DNA from: Callorhinchus milii
Lineage: Eukaryota
Direction of reading: 5' to 3'
NCBI RefSeq assembly: GCF_018977255.1
Contig: NW_024704749.1
Coordinates: 9,734,001 to 9,798,000 of the forward strand
Length of the DNA: 64,000 nt
The position numbers and the translations under genes are program-made. Positions 1-13,234 of this stretch are shown piece by piece (position 1 is the stretch's first letter; each line of letters opens with the position of its first letter). The notes under the pieces were generated by a model, which saw only the letters and a program-made list of their open reading frames with translations, searched no databases and was not told the origin of the DNA.

Positions 1-339
1 ATCAAATGCCAAGATTATTATTATATACAGATAAATGCTTATGCACACAGAACCATATATATGAATATATATAAACATATACACACATACGTACAGCACA
101 TACACACAGAACAGAGACAAACAGCACAACAAGAACTTGCATTTACATAGCGCCCTTTTTGTTTCATGTGATCACACGGACAAAAACAAAAAGACACAGA
201 CACACACAGCCAAAACAGAGACACACAGTATAAACACACAACCACAATACATACAGCACGGACATGTCCATACACACATATACATTGGACATACCTGGGG
301 CAGCAACTAATGCTTCAAGAATTGAAACAGGTGGAAGAT

Positions 340-1170
340 GATTGATTTATAGCTCAATGCAACGTAATGTTCTGATGACTAACCACACAATCACGCACGG
401 AACAAAAAGAGAACAATCACATAACTTTAAGGTTGAACCTTCCTTCAACTCAAAACCACCAAACAAGTCACAACCTGGCAACACCCTAGGCCTGTAAACG
501 ACCACAATAAAGCTCACCCCACCCGTTCCATTGCCCAGGGTCCCACCCAAACCTCTCCCATACCTGGCTCTGCCCTCCCACCGACCCATACCCCTGTCCA
601 CCCCCGCGATCCGACCCATTCCCCTCTCTCCCCTCCCCACCCCCACAACAACTTGCATTTATATAGTGTCCTTCGCGCCGGATGGTGTCTCGGAACGCTT
701 AGTAACAGTCTGAAGTACGGAAAACGTTTTGCCTCTGACTGTTTTATTAAAGACAATTTTCTGGGCAGGGTTGGCTGGAACATCTTGCCTGAGGTCCCGG
801 GAGGATTCAGGAACCTCTTTTCGTGGCAAGCGCAGGGATTTTTTCCTGCACCACCAATGCTCTCCCTGAGGAAGGCGGTTGCTTCCTCTTTCCTGGGGAC
901 AGTTCTACAGGCAGCAGAAAGACAGGCAGAGTAGAAGAGAACACACCTTGGGGGCAGAGAGCGGCGTGATCAAAGCTTGTGAAAGCCCACCCCAAGCGTG
1001 CTCCAAGCAGTTTATTCTCCGCAGATCAGCTGGTACAGAGCTTTACAGAAAGAGCTTCGCGTGTATCACTGCGTGAATCTAGCCGTGGAATCCAACCTGA
1101 ATCCAAAACGTTCCCCAGCTGAGCCAACCGTGGATACCCTTGTCACAAGTGTCCTGGGACGCTACCCTGC
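340..1170 (-). mobile_element. Possible highly decayed L1/Tx1-type LINE 3' remnant
   Basis: Minus-strand translations give broken fragments (EVWVGPW..., RVLPGCDLFGGF...LCDC) loosely like the C-terminal part of L1/Tx1 ORF2. There are many stops and frameshifts. Pattern recognition only. Confidence 0.2.
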
Positions 1171-2309
1171 ATGTGAGGGGTGCTATATAAATGCAAATTG
1201 CTGTTGTTTTTGTTAAAATTGTTACCCAATCTCACACACTTCAAACCCAATTAACAAGTAAACGAACACTTTCGTAGTTTCTGATCACGTTAAAGCATTT
1301 GAAAGCATTTACTGTTGATACGTCCTGTTTTGAGTGCAGTGACTGTTTTTGTAAGCCAATGCTGCAACCGTTTTGTGTACATCAAGGAACCCACAATCAA
1401 TCATGAAGCAAATGACACTTATCAGGAGAAATTGTCCAAGAAGCACGTCAAAAGCTCCCTTCTCTTTTCTCATAGTGTCACGGGACCTAACTGTCGACCT
1501 GAACGGGCAATTGGGAACTGGGTCTAACATTTCTCTGAACGATGGCGCGGCCACTCATATCACTCGAAAGGTCATCGACCTGAAATGTTAACTCACTTTC
1601 CTCTCTCCATAGATGCTGCCTGACCTGCTGCGCGTTCTCAGAGACTGTCTTTATCTCATACCACTGTACTTGCCTGTCAACTCAAGGTCCTGGTATGGGA
1701 CATGTATTCAGAGCATTCTGACTGAGGCGAGAGTCTTAACGACTGAGCCAGGCTGACACCTCAAAACAATTTGTCCCGAACAAAAAAAAGGACAGAGGGG
1801 AAACTTGACAATGCCTCAATAAAGGCAACAAAATGGGCTTGTCGTAACATGTTCTTGCGATACCTCAAACCAAGGGGATACTATGCCTTCTGTGCCTGGA
1901 GGTCATTAATTTGCCCTTTTAAAACGAGACCAAACTGCAAACAAGAGCCACGCACAGGACTGAAGGAAGCTTTTTTGTCATGAACATTGTTCAGAAAATG
2001 ATGGGCAATCATTTCATGCACAAAAAAAAATGAGAACCTTGAAGGAGAGAGGTTACATTGCAATAAATGACAGGAGCAGAGTCAGGGATTGAGTGAGTGA
2101 GTGAGTGAAACTCACACAATAAGTGAACAATAGCCAGTGCTCGTATCTCTATCTCTATCTCTACTCATCCCCGCAAACACCCACGCACCCACTCTCCCTT
2201 AACACATACCCTGAGCAACATTCGCAAATCTAAAGGCTCTGTGTCTTTAAATAAAAACCCTGGATCATTTTTTTCCCATTGATTTCCTGTTCAAACGAGA
2301 GAAAATCTT

Positions 2310-2680
2310 TCTCTTTAACCACACACACACATATATATATATATATACATACACATATATATGTATGCACACACACACCCCATCCAGCACTGCTCACTCA
2401 CTCACTCACTCATGTCCTACCCAAACCTCCTGCCTTTGCAATGTGCATTCAACGTAAGGACAAAGAGAAAAGGGCAACAAAAGAGAGGAAGAGAGGAAAG
2501 TTTGCCTGGAGCTGGGGGTGGGGGGGGGGGGGGGTGTAAGCAGCCCTGAGCTCCCTCTGCTCCTCTCCCCTCCCCTGATCTGCCCCACACAAAGAGCGAA
2601 GTCTCCCCCCAGGACTAATGAAAGCCACAAAAGGCGAGGTTTGTCCCGAAGAACAGAGAGAGAGAGAGAGAGGGGAGAGA
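2310..2680. repeat. Cluster of simple repeats: (CA)n, (TA)n, (CACT)n, poly-G, (GA)n
   Basis: Seen directly at about 2320-2380, 2392-2410, 2513-2535 and 2655-2680. Confidence 0.85.
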
Positions 2681-3534
2681 CGTCGGAATCACTGCCATTA
2701 ACTCGTGAGAAGGACAGAGCCTCTGTGTATAAAGCACAGACCCAATGCCACAGAGCAGCAGTTTGCAAACACCCACAACCCAAACCCTCATATTAATCTT
2801 AAACCAGACACAAAAGACAGATGGGGTTTTTTTTTGTTGCAAACTTCACTTCCTCGAAGGTCTATGAGAAAAAATGATGGAAAGCCACAAATCATCTCCC
2901 AATCAGCCACTGTTCCCTTGCAATCACAACCTCCTCTTTTTTATTTCCCCTCTCTCTTTATTCCCTTTACCTGAGTGAGAGACGTGGCCTTTCCCTTGGC
3001 TGGACCTGCCCAGGTCTGCCCTGGCTCCAGTCCCTGCTGAAAGAGGCTCCTTCCAGCTGCAGATCTCACAGCATTGCCACCTGCCTTACAGACCCTTCAC
3101 CTCCTCCCAGACTGGCCAAACTGGGGCAGAGCCTCCTGGTTCTGGGCAGCTGAGAGAGGGAGGGAGGGCCAGGAGGCCAGACAACACACACACACACACA
3201 CACAATGGGAAACACAGCTTTACACACAACAGGCTCTGCTGGAGCTGCCTAGAATTACAACCACATATTCCCCACAAACACACACACACAAGCCTCAGGA
3301 ACCTGCATGCTCAAGTCCTGCCAATGGTTCTTGACATCAATGCACCAGCGCTCTCTAGTGGACCTGAACGGGATGATTCCCTGCCCCCAGTGACCGGTCT
3401 GCCCTTCCACGTCCTGGCGGCGAGTCAGGTGTACACTGTGAAGCTCCTTGAAACAATCTCTCTACAATGTGATAAGGCGTTACGTCAAATGCAAGGCTTG
3501 TTATTATTAATATTAACCCTGCAAGCCAAAGGCT

Positions 3535-3870
3535 TAATGGGTAGAGCCATCCTCGCCGGACAAGCAGCGGGAAGCTTGCCAGACAGTACGTTCAATGGCA
3601 AGCTGTTTAAGTGCGTTAACCTCCAGTTACCTCAATCCGCACCCTGGGGTTCCGAAGCCTTGGCTCTTACAAACCTGTGCCTAGTTTCAGCCCCAAATGA
3701 TGTCAGAACAGCTACAATTGGAGCTCTCCGCCCATCATTTTGTGCTACTTCAACTCTCCTTCCCACTCGTATTCTGACCTCTCCATCCATGGTCTCCTAC
3801 GCTGTTCCAATGAACCACATCGCAAACTCGAGGAACAGCACCTCGTCTATCTGCTAATAACCTTACAGCC
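3535..3870 (-). mobile_element. Degraded RTE-like LINE 3' fragment
   Basis: The minus strand contains ...LKQLAIERTVWQA..., resembling the LAxDRxxWR end of RTE ORFs, and is interrupted by stops. Confidence 0.3.
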
Positions 3871-5321
3871 CTCTGGCCTCGATATTGATTTCAATAATTT
3901 CAGTCCGTAACAGCTCACCTTCCCCTGCCCCCCCCTCTTCTGTGATCATTACCACATCATCTAGGTCCCAGACACACCTTTTCTCTCTCTGGTCTGCCTG
4001 TTTTGCTCCATAGAAGCTGCCTGACCTGCTGAGTATTCCCAGCGAGTTCTGTTTGTGTTGCAGATTTCCAGCATCTGCAGTATTTTGCATTTTGACATCA
4101 TTTTGTGCATCTGCCCAAACTCAATGGTGTTTTTAAACTTGAGCCCCTAAATTTAAATTCCCCCAAATGTGTTCTTCTTCCACGGCCCCGTATAGTGCTG
4201 CTGTGAACAAACTCCTCGATGATTCTGCAAATAGGGAAGAGGGTTCGAACCTTGGGAGGAAATGCATTGAGAGAAACATGTGATGGTTCTTTTGCTCATT
4301 TCAGCAAAAAAAATCAACCAACGGACTGAGAAATTATTTTTGCACCTACATCTTTTTATTTATTAACATATGAACATCTCCTGTTGAATGACGAATGCTG
4401 TTGTTGCTGAATTAAAGTTTTGCTCTCTGAGTCATCATGTGCTTCTGATGGCTCAGTGAGTAGAGACAGGACCCCAGGGATGTTCAGATTCTCATCTGGG
4501 CACAGATCCCGTTCCAGCAGAATTTTTGAAAAAATATGTTCAGACGACTTGGTAAACGGCCATACACTAATAAAATGACATTGTTGTGATGTCTCCAGTT
4601 TCAAGGCTGAATAACTAAACCATTTTGAGCTGTCAAATTTAGAGATTAGATTTGAGGGTTATTTTCAGATAACCAATTACATTGATACAGTGTCTTTCCC
4701 TTGAAAGAGAACATCTCAAAGCAATTTACAAAAAATGGTTAATTAAAAAGTGAATGTTGCTAAAACACTGCAGTCAATTTGCACCAATAGCATCTGTAAA
4801 CAATGAGATTAGCCAATTTGTTTGAATTTGGATGAGAAGGGAATATAAACTACTCACTGCGAGAAAAACCTAGCTGACTCTGTATCTGGTAGAGTGTGGG
4901 TTTCACTTCCATTTCCTCTGTACTGCTCAAAGTCCTGAACCTGTAATGATCTGCAATATTAATCCTTGCACTTGATATAGCATCTATCATGTCAAAATGG
5001 CTCAAAGTGCTTTGGAGGTAATTGCTGTTATTTATAGGCAAATCTGGCAACAGTCTGTGCACAGCAAGGTTACACAAACAGGCATGAAGTGAATGAACAA
5101 TTTAACTGGAATATTGTTGGTTAGGACACCAGGAGAAACTCCCTTCTCTTTTAGTATAGTGGCATGGGGATTTTTAACATCCACCTGAATAGGCAGACAG
5201 GAGTTTTGGTTAACCAATTGTGCCAACACATTGAGCTGAGGGTAATGCAGGAAACAAGTCCCAAGACACAGTGACAGCTGGGATCTAGCTGCAAGGCTCA
5301 ATACCTATGGAAGTTGCTGCC

Positions 5322-7762
5322 CTACTGAATGCTGGTAAGGGAGTTGCTACCATAGGGAACACCAATGTCTTGGCTTCTTTCTGGCCGCTGGGGGCACTCT
5401 GAGTCCTGAAACTGCTGGAGGTAGAAGCGCATTGCCAGCTGGTTAGTCATCATCTTCAGAGCCTGGAAGCCAGCAACCACCTCGAACACCACAAAGCTGA
5501 GGTAGGGGATGTGAATGGCCCGCTCCAGGGGCAGAATGATGATGGCTTCATCAGTGAAGAGGAAGAGAATGATGGGCAGCTGGATAATAAAGGTCACCAA
5601 CCAAAACCCAGCTAGCTCTGGTACCTGCAGGCACAGACCAAATCGGAAAGACATCACTGCACTATTGAATGCACGGATCATTATTATGATTATAAACATC
5701 AGCCTGGATACAACGTATCTGCACAGAGGTAACATGGATGGAATATGCTGGTCCAAGTGGTGACGTTACATTAACAACTCTCCCTCTGGGGGCCTTAACA
5801 CCGAAAATAGAGCTTTTGAAAAGAGAGCAGATTTAACCAGGCGGAGAGTGGGTTGGTGGTGGGGGGATGTGGGGAATAGCATTACAAACGCAGCAGAAAT
5901 AAATAGAATTGCTTATGAAAAGTACAACTTAAAGGCAAAATACTTCAATTGTAAATTGTCATTTCCTTACAAATCTTACCTTTTCATGTAAATTTCCCAC
6001 ATATCCCAGGGAGAGGCGAACACATTCCATCAGTGTGAGGATTACCACTGCCAAAGTAAGCAGGCACTGGTAATATCCTGGTAACATGCTGTACTGTGGT
6101 TTGAGGAGAGGAAGCTTTAGTTAGTGATTTCCAGATCATCACCTCTTTGCTGACCTCATTAAATCATGATTTAATTGTGATTCAGTGGATGTTAAGGGTT
6201 CCCGTGTAATAATGTAATTATTATAAAATAATGTCTTTATTGTCAAGTAAAGTGGAGTTTTCTTCACTTGTTCTGCACCAAAGAGACGTGAGTCAACGAG
6301 TCCTCCTATGATGTATCCTCAGACCCTTTCCCTAACTTTTGAGATTTTTCAGGTGAACAAATTCCTACCTTCATCTGAAGCATGATCACTTCTGAGACCC
6401 ACCAGAAGGGGAAGAAGAAGGTGTTGAAATACAGAACTGTCTGCAGGGTGAGGCTGGACACCATCTCATTAACTGTCAACACAAAATGCCATAACTCAGC
6501 AAACCTCAAAAGACTCTTATAATTCATATAATTATAATTAATCCCCAAATAACTTCACGGTTATTTGTGGGACAGTGCTGTGCACAAATTGGCTGTCGTG
6601 TTTGCCCACAAATAAACACGTTCACTACCTTTCACTATAAATCCTGAGGAGAACATTTTCAAAAAAATCAAATACACAGGTCACTCCACTTCACACTAAA
6701 TCCCATGAAACACTTTGGAACAACCTCTGGACATGGAAGACAATATACCAAATTATTATTATAGGAACAGCACCTCCAACTGAAGATATTTCAAATGGAA
6801 TTTCGATTAAGTAGCTGATTTAATCACACTGTGTCCCCAAAGTGAGCAGTAACACATTCAGAGCCAAACAAATCAGATCAATGGAAAGTTAAACGCATTC
6901 AGTGACAGAATCTAGAAGGAAAAGTGCTTCCTTGTTTCTTTGCTCATTCCAAGTTATTAGATTCCATGTTCTGGTACTGGAGCAAATGGATATACTGTAT
7001 TTGGCTATTTAGTATTGAGGGATCTAGTAATCCACCTCTTTTAAGAAAAATTAGCTATGAAAAATTACTAGAAAACACTGACATTTCAGCTATGAAAAGA
7101 AAAAGTCTAAGACAATTATGGAAGTACATTAAGTGTTAAATGGGGTTTAGAAAGCAACCCACAAAATACTTTTGCACATGCCAAGGCAACAAGACAAGAG
7201 GTTCTAGGTTATCCAGGGCCATTTTATAGGACAAACAACTTGAAACATTTCTTCACACAGAGGGGAACCAACAGGTAGATGGGGTTAACAGGAAGGGTGA
7301 TTTAGGCCAGAACACTCAATTTATTTAATAAACAGATTTATGTTGAAATAGGAAGATGGTAAAATGAGAGTTTTGGAAGCATGTTATCAAATCACTGACA
7401 ACAACCCCGTCTACAGATATCATTGACTCACTGAAGGAGTCAACAATAATTATCTAGAGACATATTGCTGTTATTTTACCTTAAAACCATGCAAAGCTGC
7501 AGAGTACCTGTATAGGCCATGAGATGCAACTGGTACTGAAATGACTGCAATACAACAATGCTATTTTGAAATGTGTAGCTGTCTTAAGTTGATTTATACG
7601 TATCTCATAGTATTAGATGGTTCCTGTTGGAAAACTCTGCACCTCACCTGGTATATTGGTATATCCATCTCCGCAGTCCTGCGTTTTATTGCTGATGAAG
7701 AGCGAGCCACTGAAATTGGCCAGCCTCTGTCTGATATTTTGAGGTAGAGAATACAAAGACAT
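5322..7762 (-). CDS. TMEM17: Transmembrane protein 17-like (ciliary transition-zone family), 4 coding exons
   Basis: Exons 7762-7648, 6472-6369, 6093-5980 and 5624-5322, all GT-AG and in phase. Protein MSLYSLPQNIRQRLANFS...NEMVSSLTLQTVLYFNTFFFPFWW...YSMLPGYYQ...LGYVGNLHEK/VPELAGFW...LPLERAIH...NQLAMRFYLQ carries the TMEM17 family signatures. The paralog (e.g. 17A vs 17B) is not resolved. Confidence 0.92.
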
Positions 7763-9545
7763 GGCTGGTAAAGGGCTTGTCTCCACCCGTGCTAAATCCA
7801 CAGTAATCCCAGCACAAGCTGCTCGTAGTAATAGTGATCTTCCAGGTCAGGGGGCATTGGAGAGGTGTCATCATAACAGAAACATGTTATTCATATTCAT
7901 TAAGTCCCCACCGTAGGGCATCAACGCCTCAGATTTTCTGTTAAAAACTGTTTTTAAATTTGTAGAATAATTAAGGTCTTTCATAATCATTCATTGTCTG
8001 ATTTGCAAAAGGATTCTTATTTTCACATTATAATCATTCCAACCAAATCACTATTCGTTGGCTTAATCATCACTCCTGTAAACAGTAATTCTCTCACAGA
8101 ATCTGTGCACTAACTATAATTATTAACAATTCCATTCTCTCATCTAAATAATTTGAAGTAAACTTTATATTGAAACAATCAGTTTTATTTTGGCCCTCCC
8201 TCAATCTGCAGGTGTTCCTGGTGTTGCCCTAACAGCATGTGCTGAGGAGGCTTTGGCTGATTTGTTGGGATGAATCCAAGTCCCAAGGAAGCCACAGCTC
8301 CAGTCTCAGCTCATGCAGTACTTATACAGCTATACGTGAGCACCTTAGTCTTCTATAAGGAATGATTAAAAAAAGCAACAAATTACATTTGTATAGTGCT
8401 TTTCATGTCGGGAGGACATCCCAAGGCGCTGAAACTGAATAAACTGAAACAGGTCCACTGCTCATATTTATCAATTGAGATAAATATTTATGCAAATCTT
8501 TTGCAACACCTGTCCATGCGCTGAGACATGGTGTCTTGGTCAACGATTACCCGCAAATAAAAAAAAATGGCCATTCACTTCATGGTGGTTTGTTGTGTGC
8601 AAATTGGCTGCTACATTACGCTACATTCTGTGAAGCACTTTGAGACGCAGTCCCAAACATCGCAGCACTATCTCAAATGTAAGGATTATTATCGTTTTAT
8701 ACATTATTTGTAGAAAGTACTCTTAAGACCATACACAGCATTGACTGCCCACAAACGGCTCAGTTAGTAGCGCTCTTGTCAGATGTAATACTGCGCGCCC
8801 GCCTGGCTTAGGAACAGGGCTACTGAGGCCCTGCTTACCATGACATCGTATTGTTTTAAAATACTGTGTAACAAACTCAAAATACAACACTTGCATTTGA
8901 GGAAAACGTTTAATCAGTGCGACAACAAATCGTCAATATCATAAAGCAAAAGATGTCAAACGACATTTTTACAATTGGAATGACTCCAAATAAATAACTC
9001 TTTAGAATTTAACCTCGAGACAATTTTACCCTTTTTTCTCCCCCCCCCCCCACCCCCCACATGTTACAAGATCAGAGCATCGTCCAGACCCTTTTTAAAT
9101 CAACTCTAATCCGAATGAGTCAAATGTGCACTTTAACATTTATCTTCGAGGTTTCTACCAACGGGGGTTAACGTTAACGTTCAAAGAGAAACGAAGCATT
9201 ATAACAATTAAACCACGAGCATAACCTTCGGGAGTCGCCGAAGGCAGCGATTCCTCGCGTTAACTCGGTTTACACGTTGAGGGTGGAGCTGTCCATGGTG
9301 TAAGCGGTGGGAATCCGAGAGAGAGAGAGAAAAAAAAAGCCAAACGAACTGGAACGAAACAGGAGAGTCAACAACGTGCAATAACGATTAAGGTCATCAA
9401 CGGTACACATTGAACATCGAGGTGCAAGTGTTCGGGATGTATGTACTGTTGAAGACCAGTTCCCCGGGGCCGGGGTGGAGAGAGGAGGGGGGGGGGGTTG
9501 GGGTGTAAATGTCTCCCCAGCGCCGATCCCGGGCCGGGCGTTAGT

Positions 9546-9851
9546 TTACTTGATGATTCTGAAGTCCGAGTACTCGAGTCGTGGGATGCGCCTCTCTTCG
9601 CCGAAGAGCGCCTCGTCTATCCTGGCGCTGGGGCTGCCGGTGTGCCGGAGCCAGGCCTGCATGGCGCGCACACCGTCCTCGGAGCCCTGCAGCTGCCCCT
9701 GGACCGTGCCCCGCGGCGTGTTCTGCACCCAGCCCCTCAGGCCCAGGCGCCTGGCTTCCTTCTCCGTGTGTTTGCGGAAGAACACCCCCTGGACCTTCCC
9801 GAACACCTCGTAATCCACCGACACGAACAGGGCCTGGCCGCCCAACGACAT
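9546..9851 (-). CDS. ACYP: Acylphosphatase (101 aa), single coding exon
   Basis: GCCGCCATG Kozak at 9851. MSLGGQALFVSVDYEVFGKVQGVFFRKHT...GWVQNTPRGTVQGQLQG...WLRHTGSPSARID has the VQGVxFR phosphate loop with catalytic Arg and the WVxN Asn. ACYP1 vs ACYP2 cannot be decided by eye. Confidence 0.93.
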   Translation of the reverse strand: MSLGGQALFVSVDYEVFGKVQGVFFRKHTEKEARRLGLRGWVQNTPRGTVQGQLQGSEDGVRAMQAWLRHTGSPSARIDEALFGEERRIPRLEYSDFRIIK

Positions 9852-10260
9852 GGCGGCCCCGGCGAAGAGCGGCCGTCCCCCTTGGCAACCGGCCCCGGAA
9901 GGGACGCTCGCGCCGCGCCACAGCAACTGCCACATCCGGGGGACTCGGGGCGGGGGGGGGCCGCCGTTCAGGCGAGCACAGACTTCTGGGAGTTGTCGTG
10001 CGCTTCCGCTTGGGCGGGCGGAGAGCAACGGGCATTGGGAGGGGGTGGGGGGGGCGAGAACTACACGTCCCACAGTGCTTCGCGCCCAACCCAACCCGCC
10101 CGCCTACCCGTCAGGCTCTGCGGTGGCGCCTGACCGTTGCACGAAAGGCGGGAAAAAAAAAGCCCCGAAGCGTTTGAGGATTTGTCGAGTCGAGTCGGTG
10201 GTGGTCCCGGTGACTCTCGCCACTGAGTCAGGAGGTGGTGGGCACGAACCCGGTGAAGAT
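9852..10260. promoter_or_regulatory. CpG-island promoter of the acylphosphatase gene, with two ZNF143/THAP11-type ACTACAnnTCCCA motifs
   Basis: GC/CpG-rich. ACTACACGTCCCACAGTGC at 10060-10078 (+). Variant ACGACAACTCCCAGAAGTC at about 9981-9999 (-). GGGCGG boxes are also present. Confidence 0.65.
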
Positions 10261-10314
10261 GGCGGGACAGGTGGATACAGCTGTTTTATGAACAGCTGAG
10301 TTGGGCCTCAGCCA

Positions 10315-10655
10315 GAGACTGTGTTCAGTTCTGGGCCCCACACTTGAGGAAGGACGTCAAGGCCTTGGAGAGGGCGCAGCGGAGATTGACCGCGATGGCA
10401 CCAGGAACGAGGGGCTTCGGTTATCAGGAGAGGCCGGGGAAGCCGGGGTTATTCTCCCGGGAGCACAGAAAGGTTAAGAGGAGACTCGGTCGAAGTTTTC
10501 GAAACGATGAGGGGGTTCGATAGGGTGCGCGCGGAGAAAACCCTTTCCGCGGGCGGGCGGGCGGGCGGGAAACCCAAGGACACCGATTTAATATAGTTGT
10601 TAAAAGAAACAGGAAGGGAGATGAGGAGAAATTTTCCACGCAGCGAGTTGTTGGT
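10315..10655 (+). mobile_element. CR1 LINE 3' fragment
   Basis: Translates to CVQFWAPHLRKDVKALERAQRRLTAMAPG..., typical of the CR1 ORF2 C-terminus. It continues into TTTTCCACGCAGCGAGTTGTT. Confidence 0.75.
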
Positions 10656-10758
10656 AAATATACAGTCACTTCACTTTACAGTGTGTTCTGTGAAGCGCTT
10701 TGGGACGTCCTCCCGACGTGAAAAGCGCTATATCAAATGCGAGGATTATTATTATTAT
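10656..10758 (+). mobile_element. SINE 3' end (DeuSINE-like family with L2-derived tail), inserted in the CR1 fragment
   Basis: ...CACTTTACAGTGTGTTCTGTGAAGCGCTTTGGGACGTC...GCGCTATATCAAATGCGAGGA(TTA)n. The same unit recurs dozens of times, e.g. about 6570, 8590, 13180, 16640, 18000, 25335, 35575, 42866, 45830, 51545, 55860, 59705 and 61860. Confidence 0.8.
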
Positions 10759-11265
10759 CTGGAATGCGTTGCCTGAAAGGATGGAAGACAACAGGGCGAT
10801 TCTCCATACAACCCGGTCAACAGTCCTCCAGATTCCAGAGAGCGGGGACAGAATGGTGGATAATAATGCTCATTGCGTTTGATACAGCGCCCCATCACAT
10901 CTTCGAGATACCTCCCAAGCGCTTTAAAGAATATACTGTAAAGTGAATTAACTATTTTGTGGGTGGTGAAACATGTACATAAACTTATACTGGCTTAAGC
11001 AAGTTTTAACAATAATAAACTGGATCGGACACGGGCATGAAGCAGCCCAGTGTTAACCGAGCAGAGCGATTGCCCAGGCTGGTGGTGTCACAGAGGTAGG
11101 GTGGTGTGAGGCCTCGGAGGGATTTGAACATGAAGGAAAGGATCTTGAATTTGATTCACTGAGGGTGGGGAGCCAGTGGAACTTGGGTGTGATCGGCTCA
11201 CATAGCCTGGTGATGGAAGAGGACAAGGATTGGAGATTTGGGATCATTGTGTAGGGAGCTTGTGT

Positions 11266-11425
11266 AATAATAATAATAATAATAATCCTTGCATTTGATA
11301 TAGCGCTTTTCACGTCGAGAGGACGTCCCAAAGCGCTTCACAGAACACACTGTAAAGTGAATTGACTGTATATTTGTGGGCGAACGCGGCAGCCAATTGC
11401 GCACAGCAATGTCCCACAAACAGTC
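11266..11425 (-). mobile_element. SINE 3' half including the Deu-like core, nested in an L2 remnant (about 11060-11620)
   Basis: Reverse complement of the 10656 copy, plus CTGTTTGTGGGACATTGCTGTGCGCAATTGGCTGCC. The flanks translate to L2-like text (HWLP...). Confidence 0.8.
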
Positions 11426-13234
11426 GTAGATAGGAGCTGGGGAGGGAGTCCAGTAAGCAGGGCATTAGAATACAGGCCTGGAGACACGATGAAGGTATGA
11501 ATGAGGTTATTGGCAGACTTGGGGGAGAGATAGTGTGGAGGCAGGCAATTTTGTGGGGTGAGGGCAGGCTGAGCACGTGAGAGCTAGGATAAAGACTTGG
11601 AAGACAGTTGAGGGTCAAACCAGGTACCAAGGTTCTACCCCAGGTCTGGTTAGAACAGCAGTAAACCTGGAATTACGTTCATATGGAAGTGGACCCATGA
11701 TTGCAGATTATGTCACTGAAATTATTTATTACATAAAGATATTTAGTTCTCACATATCATCTAGAAGTATAGCATCTTTGTTCTTTAATACACTGGATCT
11801 CCTGAGAAGTGCAATTTCCAATAGAGTAACAAATAAGCACATTTATGGTTGCATATACCTGTACGTAAACTTACACTGTATTAAACATGTTTTAACAAAT
11901 ACAACAACAACAACAACAAGATTCCATTTATAAAGCGCCTTTCACGTCAGGAGGACGTCCCAAGGCGCTGCACAGTTGGGTCATGACCCGAGCAGGGGGG
12001 AAATGGTCAGGGTGAGGGGAGGGAAGGGAGGGAGCGAGGAGGGGGGAAATGGTCAGGGTGAGGGGAGGGAAGGGAGGGAGCGAGGAGGGGGAAGAGAGTC
12101 GAGAGGGGAGCTGAAGGCACGGTCAAAGAGAAATAAACTGGATAAATAGCGCTTTCCACACCAGGCATTATCCCAGAATGCTTAACAATGGTGGAACTCG
12201 ATGCCAAGCCAGGGGTGGTGGGGAAAGGTGACCGTAGGCGCGATCAAAGGGGAAGGTCTTCAGGCGCAACTTGAAAATACGCCAGTTTCTTTTATTGAAC
12301 TTTCTTAACTTCTGTTCAGAGTAGGCTTCCTCTGCTGCTGATGTTTCTACTCATCAACTGAGAATCAGAAAAAGTTTCTCCACAAACCCCTCACCCTCTA
12401 ACATTCACTGAATAATTCTGTTCTTTGGAATTGAGAAAATGTGATAATGTGAAGCCTGAACACATTATAAGGTTACTTGTATTACTGTAAAATTCGTATA
12501 AGTCTGATTTGATGCAAGTCACACATTTGCCCAAGTTGAATTTCCCATTAAATCCACTTCAATTTATCTGCATTAGTTGTACTAACAATCATACAACTCA
12601 TAACGCCACTGCCTCACTCGCCCCTACCAAATTTAAAGAGTCAAAACTTTGTTTTCTGAGCCATTTCCAATGATACACTGCACATTCGCACACCAATCCT
12701 CTCCATGTCCTCCTTGCTGGGGGTGTAACATCAACATCATCGCACACTGTAGCGGGGTGGGGGCGAGAGAGGAAAGAATCACCTGATTACGTGGAGGGGG
12801 CGAGGAATATCTAATCACTTGGAGAGGGAATTGAGGGTTTATGATTGACTTAACATTTTCTTAAAAAGTGATTGATAATTCTGTTGGTGTTAATACTGTA
12901 GTTCTTTGTAAGAGTTTATATTCTGCATTGTGACAACAACAAAATTACATTTATTGGGAGCCTTTCACATCAGGAGGACGTCCCAAAGCGTTGAACAGTC
13001 AGGGTTCGGGATCCGAGCTCAAACGTTGGAGCAAGCAAAGCTGCAAAGAGCCTCTGCTTATCTACCCAAACCCAACCCCAAGGAGTAGAGTCACTAGTTT
13101 GTCATTTGAGCCCTCACAAGATGGACAGCACAGGTTTTCTCTGTTAGGTTCCTGGTGAGTAGCACAGATTTGCATGAAATAATAACCCTTGCATTTGATA
13201 TAGCACCTTATCACGTATTGAAAACGTGTTTAAA

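Noticed and set aside
39-3334. Numerous short ORFs in the first 3.3 kb
   Set aside because: They derive from CA-rich simple repeats and repeat remnants. I found no recognisable protein and no consistent splice chain.
3324-3857. 177-aa + strand ORF
   Set aside because: No family motif. It crosses a SINE tail and is antisense to a probable LINE remnant.
9475-10299. Long overlapping ORFs, and an 81-aa N-terminal extension of ACYP
   Set aside because: A GC-rich island with few stops explains them. The extension starts at a non-ATG codon and overlaps promoter motifs, while ATG 9851 has an ideal Kozak.
11994-12090. 46-bp purine-rich tandem duplication
   Set aside because: It lies within a repeat-tail remnant and shows no sign of function.
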